NCBI GenBank assembly: GCA_965235115.1
Contig: OZ249436.1
Location: 2,606,001-2,670,000, forward strand
Source of the DNA: Laetmonice hystrix
Taxonomy: Eukaryota
DNA length: 64,000 nt
Direction of reading: 5' to 3'
Made by a program: the position numbers and the translations under genes. The notes beneath the pieces are model-generated. The model was not told the origin of the DNA, did not search any database, and saw only the letters and a program-made list of their open reading frames with translations. Of this stretch, positions 1 to 10,800 are shown one piece after another; the first letter of the stretch is position 1; the number at the start of each line of letters is the position of its first letter.

Positions 1-56
1 GTCTATCATCTACTCCCATCTAATCTATGTCCCCCACAGACCATCTGTAAGCATCC

Positions 57-68
57 GACAACGTTGTC
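57..68. other. 12-bp perfect palindrome GACAACGTTGTC (polymorphic: GACAATGTTGTC in many units)
   Basis: Self-reverse-complementary, read directly. Present in full-length monomers and lost in the 37-bp and 252-bp deletion variants. Confidence 0.9.
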
Positions 69-163
69 AGGTCGTCCCAATGACTGTTTGCCGTAAAGCT
101 TTAGTTAACAATGGAAAATGACGTTGTACGCCTTTTCTATATCAGATATCCCATCCCCAAGTA

Positions 164-176
164 ACAAACAAACAAA
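164..176 (+). repeat. Short (ACAA)n microsatellite-like tract, one per monomer
   Basis: ACAAACAAACAAA read directly and nearly invariant (one variant, TACCAAAC, at ~14631 and ~24999). Confidence 0.8.
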
Positions 177-237
177 GGAAGGTTACCGAGATTTTGCAGG
201 CAAGAAACACCAGGGTGCAGCACAACTGCACCGAAGC

Positions 238-248
238 GGGGGGGGGGG
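238..248 (+). repeat. Length-variable poly-G tract, one per monomer (about 9-14 G)
   Basis: 11 G at 238-248, 14 G at 16401-16414, 9 G at ~42273. Interrupted forms GGAGGG... (e.g. ~7767) and GGGGGCGGGG (~44872, ~49199). Confidence 0.95.
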
Positions 249-553
249 TCTCCGACTGCACTGCTACCTTCCGGCTAGCGGTGGAATCACCACGTACTGG
301 CAGGCACCTATGGCTCTGAGGCGAGAGACAGGTTAAGGCAATGATAAGCGAAAAATGGCTACATTTTTTATGCGTCAAATTGAAACTAAGCCTCCCAAAA
401 TTATGATTCTTAGGCCAGATGTACGACTGTCAAACGTATAGGTCTCGTACGTTCGCTACAGATATATGGTTGTGATGTGTACACTTCGCATTTGAGTATC
501 TTCTCCAGATGTTAACATTAGATGCTCCTCGCCTGTACCTTTCATTTCCACTA

Positions 554-720
554 CCTCACTGTAGTGTTTGCACCTTTCATTAGGCCAGCCGGTAAGATTT
601 AACGATTTTCCACTCTACTGGTTGGCCTTCCCCACTGCTTGGCCCCACAGCATACTGTTTGGCCTCACTGTAGGCCTACTCTTTGGCCTCACTGTAGTGT
701 TCGCTTGGGTGCTAGGCCAG
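554..720 (+). repeat. Internal sub-repeats of the monomer: CCTCACTGTAG x3 and a 24-bp-spaced TTTGGCCTCACTGTAG pair
   Basis: CCTCACTGTAG at 554, 663 and 687. TTTGGCCTCACTGTAG at 658-673 and 682-697. TAGGCCAG at 581 and 713. Confidence 0.9.
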
Positions 721-1244
721 ACAGTATACCTTGTAGCCATTCCTCCCTGTACTGTTTGGTCTTCCTCTACCGTTTGCTTGTATACAAGAGTAGCCAGTAG
801 TATAGGGACGCCTCATGTTTCATGTTTCCATGCCTTTATTGTCCAGGAGGAAGGCCATCCGTTTCGTCTATCAATTACTCCCATCTAATCTATGTCCCCT
901 ACAGACCATCTGTAAGCGTCCGACAATGTTGTCAGGTCGTCCCAATGACTGTTTGCCGTAAGGCTTTAGTTAACAATGGAAAATGACGTTGTACGCCTTT
1001 TCTATATCAGATATCCCATCCCCAAGTAACAAACAAACAAAGGAAGGTTACCGAGATTTTGCAGGCAAGAAACACCAGGGTGCAGCACAACTGCACTGAA
1101 GCGGGGGGGGGGGCACTCCGACTGCACTGCTACCTTCCGGCTAGCGGTGGAATCACCACGTACTGGCAGGCACCTGTGGCTCTGAGGCGAGAGACAGGTT
1201 AAGGCAATGATAAGCGAAAAATGGCTACATTTTTGATGCGTCAA

Positions 1245-1855
1245 ATTGAAACTAAGCGTCCCAAAATTATGATTCTTAAGCCAGATGTACGACTGTCAAA
1301 CATATAGGTCTCGTACGTTCGCTACAGCTATATGGTTCTGATGTGTACACCTCCCATTTGAGCATGTTCTCCAGATTTTAACATTACATGCTCCTCGCCT
1401 GTACCTTTCATTTCCACTACCTCACTGTAGTGTTTGCACCTTTCATTAGGCCAGTCGGTAAGATTTAAGGATTTCTCACTCTACTGGTTGGCCTTCCCCA
1501 CTGCTTGGCCCCACAGTGTACTGTTTGGCCTCACTGTAGGCCTACTCTTAGGCCTTACTGTAGTGTTTGCCGTAAAGCATTAGTTAACAATGGAAAATGA
1601 CGTTGTACGCCTTTTCTATATCAGATATCCCATCCCCATGTAACAAACAAACAAAGGAAGGTTACCGAGATTTTGCAGGCAAGAAACACCAGGGTGCAGC
1701 ACAACTGCACTGAAGGGGGGGGGGGTCTCCGACTGCACTGCTACCTTCCGGCTAGCGGTGGAATCACCACGTACTGGCAGGCACCTGTGGCTCTGAGGCG
1801 AGAGACAGGTTAAGGCAATGATAAGCGAAAAATGGCTACATTTTTTATGCGTCAA
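1245..1855. repeat. Short (~612-bp) monomer with 252-bp deletion
   Basis: Junction CTGTAGTGTTTGCCGTAAAG at ~1559-1578 joins monomer position ~698 to ~950. Landmark spacing 1244 to 1855 is 611 bp. Confidence 0.95.
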
Positions 1856-4800
1856 ATTGAAACTAAGCTCCCCAAAATTATTATTCTTAGGCCAGATGTA
1901 CGACTGTCAAACGTATAGGTCTCGTACGTTCGCTACAGATATATGGTTGTGATGTGTACACTTCGCATTTGAGTATCTTCTCCAGATGTTAACATTAGAT
2001 GCTCCTCGCCTGTACCTTTCATTTCCACTACCTCACTGTAGTGTTTGCACCTTTCATTAGGCCAGTCGGTAAGATTGAAGGATTTCTCACTCTACTGGTT
2101 GGCCTTCCCCACTGCTTGGCCCCACAGTGTACCGTTTGGCCTCACTGTAGGCCTAATCTTTGGCCTCACTGTAGTGTTCGCTTGGGTGCTAGGCCAGACA
2201 GTATACTTTGTAGCGATTCCTCCCTTACTGTTTGGTCTTCCTCTACCGTTTGCTTGTATACAAGAGTAGCCAGTAGTATAGGGACGCCTCATGTTTCATG
2301 TTTCCATGCCTTTATTGTCCAGGAGGAAGGCCATCCGTTTCGTCTATCAATTACTCCCATCTAATCTATGTCCCCTGCAGACCATCTGTAAGCGTCCGAC
2401 AACGTTGTCAGGTCGTCCCAATGACTGTTTGCCGTAAGGCTTTAGTTAACAATGGAAAATGACGTTGTACGCCTTTTCTATATCAGATATCCCATCCCCA
2501 AGTAACAAACAAACAAAGGAAGGTTACCGAGATTTTGCAGGCAAGAAACACCAGGGTGCAGCACAACTGCACTGAAGCGGGGGGGGGGCACTCCGACTGC
2601 ACTGCTACCTTCCGGCTAGCGGTGGAATCACCACGTACTGGCAGGCACCTGTGGCTCTGAGGCGAGAGACAGGTTAGGGCAATGATAAGCGAAAAATGGC
2701 TACATTTTTGATGCGTCAAATTGAAACTAAGCCTCCCAAAATTATGATTCTTAGGCCAGATGTACGACTGTCAAACGTATAGCTCTCGTACGTTCGCTAC
2801 AGATATATGGTTGTGATGTGTACACTTCCCATTTGAGCATGTTCTCCAGATTTTGACATTAGATGCTCCTCGCCTGTACCTTTCATTTCCACTACCTCAC
2901 TGTAGTGTTTGCACCTTTCATTAGCCCAGCCGGTAAGATTTAAGGATTTTCCACTCTACTGGTTGGCCTTCCCCACTGCTTGGCCCCACAGCATACTGTT
3001 TGGCCTCACTGTAGGCCTACTCTTTGGCCTCACTGTAGTGTTCGCTTGGGTGCTAGGCCAGACGGTATACCTTGTAGCCATTCCTCCCTGTACTGTTTGG
3101 TCTTCCTCTACCGTTTGCTTGTATACAAGGGTAGCCAGTAGTATAGGGACGCCTCATGTTTCATGTTTCCATGCCTTTATTGTCCAGGACGAAGGCCATC
3201 CGTTTCGTCTATCATCTACTCCCATCTAATCTATGTCCCCCACAGACCATCTGTAAGCATCCGACAACGTTGTCAGGTCGTCCCAATGACTGTTTGCCGT
3301 AAAGCTTTAGTTAACAATGGAAAATGACGTTGTACGCCTTTTCTATATCAGATATCCCATCCCCAAGTAACAAACAAACAAAGGAAGGTTACCGAGATTT
3401 TGCAGGCAAGAAACACCAGGGTGCAGCACAACTGCACCGAAGCGGGGGGGGGGTCTCCGACTGCACTGCTACCTTCCGGCTAGCGGTGGAATCACCACGT
3501 ACTGGCAGGCACCTATGGCTCTGAGGCGAGAGACAGGTTAAGGCAATGATAAGCGAAAAATGGCTACATTTTTGATGCGTCAAATTGAAACTAAGCCTCC
3601 CAAAATTATGATTCTTAGGCCAGATGTACGACTGTCAAACCTATAGGTCTCGTACGTTCGCTACAGATATATGGTTGTGATGTGTACACTTCCCCTTTGA
3701 GCATGTTCTCCAGATTTTAACATTAGATGCTCCTCGCCTGTACCTTTCATTTCCACTACCTCACTGTAGTGTTTGCACCTTTCATTAGGCCAGCCGGTAA
3801 GATTTAACGATTTTCCACTCTACTGGTTGGCCTTCCCCACTGCTTGGCCCCACAGCATACTGTTTGGCCTCACTGTAGGCCTACTCTTTGGCCTCACTGT
3901 AGTGTTCGCTTGGGTGCTAGGCCAGACAGTATACCTTGTAGCCATTCCTCCCTGTACTGTTTGGTCTTCCTCTACCGTTTGCTTGTATACAAGAGTAGCC
4001 AGTAGTATAGGGACGCCTCATGTTTCATGTTTCCATGCCTTTATTGTCCAGGAGGAAGGCCATCCGTTTCGTCTATCAATTACTCCCATCTAATCTATGT
4101 CCCCTACAGACCATCTGTAAGCGTCCGACAATGTTGTCAGGTCGTCCCAATGACTGTTTGCCGTAAGGCTTTAGTTAACAATGGAAAATGACGTTGTACG
4201 CCTTTTCTATATCAGATATCCCATCCCCAAGTAACAAACAAACAAAGGAAGGTTACCGAGATTTTGCAGGCAAGAAACACCAGGGTGCAGCACAACTGCA
4301 CCGAAGCGGGGGGGGGGGGTCTCCGACTGCACTGCTACCTTCCGGCTAGCGGTGGAATCACCACGTACTGGCAGGCACCTATGGCTCTGAGGCGAGAGAC
4401 AGGTTAAGGCAATGATAAGCGAAAAATGGCTACATTTTTGATGCGTCAAATTGAAACTAAGCCTCCCAAAATTATGATTCTTAGGCCAGATGTACGACTG
4501 TCAAACCTATAGGTCTCGTACGTTCGCTACAGATATATGGTTGTGATGTGTACACTTCCCATTTGAGCATGTTCTCCAGATTTTAACATTAGATGCTCCT
4601 CGCCTGTACCTTTCATTTCCACTACCTCACTGTAGTGTTTGCACCTTTCATTAGGCCAGCCGGTAAGATTTAACGATTTTCCACTCTACTGGTTGGCCTT
4701 CCCCACTGCTTGGCCCCACAGCATACTGTTTGGCCTCACTGTAGGCCTACTCTTTGGCCTCACTGTAGTGTTCGCTTGGGTGCTAGGCCAGACAGTATAC

Positions 4801-4869
4801 CTTGTAGCCATTCCTCCCTGTACTGTTTGGTCTTCCTCTACCGTTTGCTTGTATACAAGAGTAGCCAGT

Positions 4870-7800
4870 AGTATAGGGACGCCTCATGTTTCATGTTTCC
4901 ATGCCTTTATTGTCCAGGACGAAGGCCATCCGTTTCGTCTATCATCTACTCCCATCTAATCTATGTCCCCCACAGACCATCTGTAAGCATCCGACAACGT
5001 TGTCAGGTCGTCCCAATGACTGTTTGCCGTAAAGCTTTAGTTAACAATGGAAAATGACGTTGTACGCCTTTTCTATATCAGATATCCCATCCCCAAGTAA
5101 CAAACAAACAAAGGAAGGTTACCGAGATTTTGCAGGCAAGAAACACCAGGGTGCAGCACAACTGCACCGAAGCGGGGGGGGGTCTCCGACTGCACTGCTA
5201 CCTTCCGGCTAGCGGTGGAATCACCACGTACTGGCAGGCACCTATGGCTCTGAGGCGAGAGACAGGTTAAGGCAATGATAAGCGAAAAATGGCTACATTT
5301 TTGATGCGTCAAATTGAAACTAAGCCTCCCAAAATTATGATTCTTAGGCCAGATGTACGACTGTCAAACCTATAGGTCTCGTACGTTCGCTACAGATATA
5401 TGGTTGTGATGTGTACACTTCCCATTTGAGCATGTTCTCCAGATTTTAACATTAGATGCTCCTCGCCTGTACCTTTCATTTCCACTACCTCACTGTAGTG
5501 TTTGCACCTTTCATTAGGCCAGCCGGTAAGATTTAACGATTTTCCACTCTACTGGTTGGCCTTCCCCACTGCTTGGCCCCACAGCATACTGTTTGGCCTC
5601 ACTGTAGGCCTACTCTTTGGCCTCACTGTAGTGTTCGCTTGGGTGCTAGGCCAGACAGTATACCTTGTAGCCATTCCTCCCTGTACTGTTTGGTCTTCCT
5701 CTACCGTTTGCTTGTATACAAGAGTAGCCAGTAGTATAGGGACGCCTCATGTTTCATGTTTCCATGCCTTTATTGTCCAGGAGGAAGGCCATCCGTTTCG
5801 TCTATCAATTACTCCCATCTAATCTATGTCCCCTACAGACCATCTGTAAGCGTCCGACAATGTTGTCAGGTCGTCCCAATGACTGTTTGCCGTAAGGCTT
5901 TAGTTAACAATGGAAAATGACGTTGTACGCCTTTTCTATATCAGATATCCCATCCCCAAGTAACAAACAAACAAAGGAAGGTTACCGAGATTTTGCAGGC
6001 AAGAAACACCAGGGTGCAGCACAACTGCACTGAAGCGGGGGGGGGCACTCCGACTGCACTGCTACCTTCCGGCTAGCGGTGGAATCACCACGTACTGGCA
6101 GGCACCTGTGGCTCTGAGGCGAGAGACAGGTTAGGGCAATGATAAGCGAAAAATGGCTACATTTTTGATGCGTCAAATTGAAACTAAGCCTCCCAAAATT
6201 ATGATTCTTAGGCCAGATGTACGACTGTCAAACGTATAGCTCTCGTACGTTCGCTACAGATATATGGTTGTGATGTGTACACTTCCCATTTGAGCATGTT
6301 CTCCAGATTTTGACATTAGATGCTCCTCGCCTGTACCTTTCATTTCCACTACCTCACTGTAGTGTTTGCACCTTTCATTAGCCCAGCCGGTAAGATTTAA
6401 GGATTTTCCACTCTACTGGTTGGCCTTCCCCACTGCTTGGCCCCACAGCATACTGTTTGGCCTCACTGTAGGCCTACTCTTTGGCCTCACTGTAGTGTTC
6501 GCTTGGGTGCTAGGCCAGACGGTATACCTTGTAGCCATTCCTCCCTGTACTGTTTGGTCTTCCTCTACCGTTCTCTTGTATACAAGAGTAGCCAGTAGTA
6601 TAGGGACGCCTCATGTTTCATGTTTCCATGCCTTTATTGTCCAGGAAGAAGGCCATCCGTTTCGTCTATCATCTACTCCCATCTAATCTAGGTCCCCCAC
6701 AGACCATCTGTAAGCGTCCGACAACGTTGTCAGGTCGTCCCAATGACTGTTTGCCGTAAAGCTTTAGTTAACAATGGAAAATGACGTTGTACGCCTTTTC
6801 TATATCAGATATCCCATCCCCAAGTAACAAACAAACAAAGGAAGGTTACCGAGATTTTGCAGGCAAGAAACACCAGGGTGCAGCACAACTGCACTGAAGC
6901 GGGGGGGGGGGCACTCCGACTGCACTGCTACCTTCCGGCTAGCGGTGGAATCACCACGTACTGGCAGGCACCTGTGGCTCTGAGGCGAGAGACAGGTTAG
7001 GGCAATGATAAGCGAAAAATGGCTACATTTTTGATGTGTCAAATTGAAACTAAGCCTCCCAAAATTATGATTCTTAGGCCAGATGTACGACTGTCAAACG
7101 TATAGGTCTCGTACGTTCGCTACAGATATATGGTTGTGATGTGTACACTTCCCATTTGAGCATGTTCTCCAGATTTTAACATTAGATGCTCCTCGCCTGT
7201 ACCTTTCATTTCCACTACCTCACTGTAGTGTTTGCACCTTTCATTAGGCCAGCCGGTAAGATTTAACGATTTTCCACTCTACTGGTTGGCCTTCCCCACT
7301 GCTTGGCCCCACAGTGTACCGTTTGGCCTCACTGTAGGCCTAATCTTTGGCCTCACTGTAGTGTTCGCTTGGGTGCTAGGCCAGACAGTATACTTTGTAG
7401 CGATTCCTCCCTTACTGTTTGGTCTTCCTCTACCGTTTGCTTGTATACAAGAGTAGCCAGTAGTATAGGGACGCCTCATGTTTCATGTTTCCATGCCTTT
7501 ATTGTCCAGGAGGAAGGCCATCCGTTTCGTCTATCAATTACTCCCATCTAATCTATGTCCCCTGCAGACCATCTGTAAGCGTCCGACAACGTTGTCAGGT
7601 CGTCCCAATGACTGTTTGCCGGAAAGCTTTAGTTAACAATGGAAAATGACGTTGTACGCCTTTTCTATATCAGAAATCCCATCCCCCAAGTAACAAACAA
7701 ACAAAGGAAGGTTACCGAGATTTTGCAGGCAAGAAACACCAGGGTGCAGCACAACTGCACTGAAGCGGAGGGGGGGGGGGGTCCCCGACTGCACTGCTAC

Positions 7801-10800
7801 CTTGCGGCTAGCGGTGGAATCACCACGTACTGGCAGGCACCTGTGGCTCTGAGGCGAGAGACAGGTTAAGGCAATGATAAGCGAAAAATGGCTACATTTT
7901 TGATGCGTCAAATTGAAACTAAGCGTCCCAAAACTATGATTCTTAGACCAGATGTACGACTGTCAAACGTATAGGTCTCGTACGTTCGCTACAGGTATAC
8001 GGTTGTGATGTGTACACTTCGCATTTGAGTATCTTCTCCAGATGTTAACATTAGATGCTCCTCGCCTGTACCTTTCATTTCCACTACCTCACTGTAGTGT
8101 TTGCACCTTTCATTAGGCCAGTCGGTAAGATTTAAGGATTTCTCACTCTACTGGTTGGCCTTCCCCACTGCTTGGCCCCACAGTGTACTGTTTGGCCTCA
8201 CTGTAGGCCTACTCTTAGGCCTCACTGTAGTGTTCGCTTTGGTGCTAGGCCAGACAGTATACCTTGTAGCCATTCCTCCCTGTACTGTTTGGTCTTCCTC
8301 TACCGTTTGCTTGTATACAAGAGTAGCCAGTAGTATAGGGACGCCTCATGTTTCATGTTTCCATGCCTTTATTGTCCAGGAGGAAGGCCATCCGTTTCGT
8401 CTATCAATTACTCCCATCTAATCTATGTCCCCTCCAGACCATCTATAATCGTCCGACAACGTTGTCAGGTCGTCCCAATGACTGTTTGCCGTAAAGCTTT
8501 AGTTAACAATGGAAAATGACGTTGTACGCCTTTCCTATATCAGAAATCCCATCCCCAAGTAACAAACAAACAAAGGAAAGTTACCGAGATTTTGCCGGCA
8601 AGAAACACCAGGGTGCAGCACAACTGCACTGAAGCGGAGGGGGGGGGGTCCCCGACTGCACTGCTACCTTGCGGCTAGCGGTGGAATCACCACGTACTGG
8701 CAGGCACCTGCGGCTCTGAGGCGAGAGACAGGTTAAGGCAATGATAAGCGAAAAATGGCTACATTTTTGATGCGTCAAATTGAAACTAAGCGTCCCAAAA
8801 TTATGATTCTTAGGCCAGATGTACGACTGTCAAACGTATAGCTCTCGTACGTTCGCTACAGATATATGGTTGTGATGTGTACACTTCCCATTTGAGCATG
8901 TTCTCCAGATTTTGACATTAGATGCTCCTCGCCTGTACCTTTCATTTCCACTACCTCACTGTAGTGTTTGCACCTTTCATTAGCCCAGCCGGTAAGATTT
9001 AAGGATTTTCCACTCTACTGGTTGGCCTTCCCCACTGCTTGGCCCCACAGCATACTGTTTGGCCTCACTGTAGGCCTACTCTTTGGCCTCACTGTAGTGT
9101 TCGCTTGGGTGCTAGGCCAGACGGTATACCTTGTAGCCATTCCTCCCTGTACTGTTTGGTCTTCCTCTACCGTTTGCTTGTATACAAGGGTAGCCAGTAG
9201 TATAGGGACGCCTCATGTTTCATGTTTCCATGCCTTTATTGTCCAGGACGAAGGCCATCCGTTTCGTCTATCATCTACTCCCATCTAATCTATGTCCCCC
9301 ACAGACCATCTGTAAGCATCCGACAACGTTGTCAGGTCGTCCCAATGACTGTTTGCCGTAAAGCTTTAGTTAACAATGGAAAATGACGTTGTACGCCTTT
9401 TCTATATCAGATATCCCATCCCCAAGTAACAAACAAACAAAGGAAGGTTACCGAGATTTTGCAGGCAAGAAACACCAGGGTGCAGCACAACTGCACCGAA
9501 GCGGGGGGGGGGGGGTCTCCGACTGCACTGCTACCTTCCGGCTAGCGGTGGAATCACCACGTACTGGCAGGCACCTATGGCTCTGAGGCGAGAGACAGGT
9601 TAAGGCAATGATAAGCGAAAAATGGCTACATTTTTGATGCGTCAAATTGAAACTAAGCCTCCCAAAATTATGATTCTTAGGCCAGATGTACGACTGTCAA
9701 ACCTATAGGTCTCGTACGTTCGCTACAGATATATGGTTGTGATGTGTACACTTCCCATTTGAGCATGTTCTCCAGATTTTAACATTAGATGCTCCTCGCC
9801 TGTACCTTTCATTTCCACTACCTCACTGTAGTGTTTGCACCTTTCATTAGGCCAGCCGGTAAGATTTAACGATTTTCCACTCTACTGGTTGGCCTTCCCC
9901 ACTGCTTGGCCCCACAGCATACTGTTTGGCCTCACTGTAGGCCTACTCTTTGGCCTCACTGTAGTGTTCGCTTGGGTGCTAGGCCAGACAGTATACCTTG
10001 TAGCCATTCCTCCCTGTACTGTTTGGTCTTCCTCTACCGTTTGCTTGTATACAAGAGTAGCCAGTAGTATAGGGACGCCTCATGTTTCATGTTTCCATGC
10101 CTTTATTGTCCAGGAGGAAGGCCATCCGTTTCGTCTATCAATTACTCCCATCTAATCTATGTCCCCTACAGACCATCTGTAAGCGTCCGACAATGTTGTC
10201 AGGTCGTCCCAATGACTGTTTGCCGTAAGGCTTTAGTTAACAATGGAAAATGACGTTGTACGCCTTTTCTATATCAGATATCCCATCCCCAAGTAACAAA
10301 CAAACAAAGGAAGGTTACCGAGATTTTGCAGGCAAGAAACACCAGGGTGCAGCACAACTGCACTGAAGCGGGGGGGGGGGGGCACTCCGACTGCACTGCT
10401 ACCTTCCGGCTAGCGCTGGAATCACCACGTACTGGCAGGCACCTGTGGCTCTGAGGCGAGAGACAGGTTAGGGCAATGATAAGCGAAAAATGGCTACATT
10501 TTTGATGCGTCAAATTGAAACTAAGCCTCCCAAAATTATGATTCTTAGGCCAGATGTACGACTGTCAAACGTATAGCTCTCGTACGTTCGCTACAGATAT
10601 ATGGTTGTGATGTGTACACTTCCCATTTGAGCATGTTCTCCAGATTTTGACATTAGATGCTCCTCGCCTGTACCTTTCATTTCCACTACCTCACTGTAGT
10701 GTTTGCACCTTTCATTAGCCCAGCCGGTAAGATTTAAGGATTTTCCACTCTACTGGTTGGCCTTCCCCACTGCTTGGCCCCACAGCATACTGTTTGGCCT

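Larger units (their letters stand above)
1..865. repeat. Representative full-length monomer (phase arbitrary)
   Basis: Positions 1-865 align ungapped, apart from the poly-G tract, with most later units. Confidence 0.97.

Noticed and set aside
104..325. TRIM/Cassandra-like LTR tandem (TAACA-ATGG end, poly-G as PPT, TCAGAGCCA as partial Met PBS)
   Set aside because: No TG follows the G tract, there is no intact TGG-PBS, and the candidate PBS, PPT and 5S-like parts lie in incompatible orientations.
314..352. CTGAGGCGAG...CGAAA as a possible hammerhead ribozyme (known from some satellites)
   Set aside because: The core should be CTGANGA but here is CTGAGGC. I could not build stems I-III, and no CTGANGA was seen on either strand.
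329..372. CAG|GTTAAG donor-like site followed by Sm-like ATTTTTGA, suggesting a spliced-leader RNA gene array
   Set aside because: No match to leader sequences I recognise. The Sm-like site is sequestered in a hairpin and mutated in some units. A search of mRNA 5' ends for the upstream sequence would settle it.
142..378. Recurrent 64-92-aa minus-strand ORF (MTHQKCS...) and the overlapping plus-strand MTLYAF ORF
   Set aside because: The reading frame changes with poly-G length in all three phases, so there is no frame constraint. No recognisable homology.
311..460. Pol III type-2 box A (TGGCTCTGAGG) and box B (GTTCGCTAC) look-alikes
   Set aside because: Both deviate from consensus, lie ~140 bp apart, and no cloverleaf can be formed.
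520..560. CTCCTCGC resembling the HDV-like ribozyme L3 loop
   Set aside because: Flanks cannot form P3 or P1, and there is no downstream GG for P1.1.
1..865. CENP-B box, telomeric repeats, or CRISPR repeat-spacer structure
   Set aside because: No TTCG-N4-A-N2-CGGG motif on either strand. Only an isolated polymorphic TTAGGG is present, and there are no unique spacers between repeats.
568..888. Recurrent 106-aa plus-strand ORF (MHLSLGQ...), hydrophobic
   Set aside because: It starts at TTG, has no recognisable domain, is frameshifted in many units (74-aa form) and truncated in deletion units. The FGLTV repeat merely reflects the 24-bp DNA sub-repeat.
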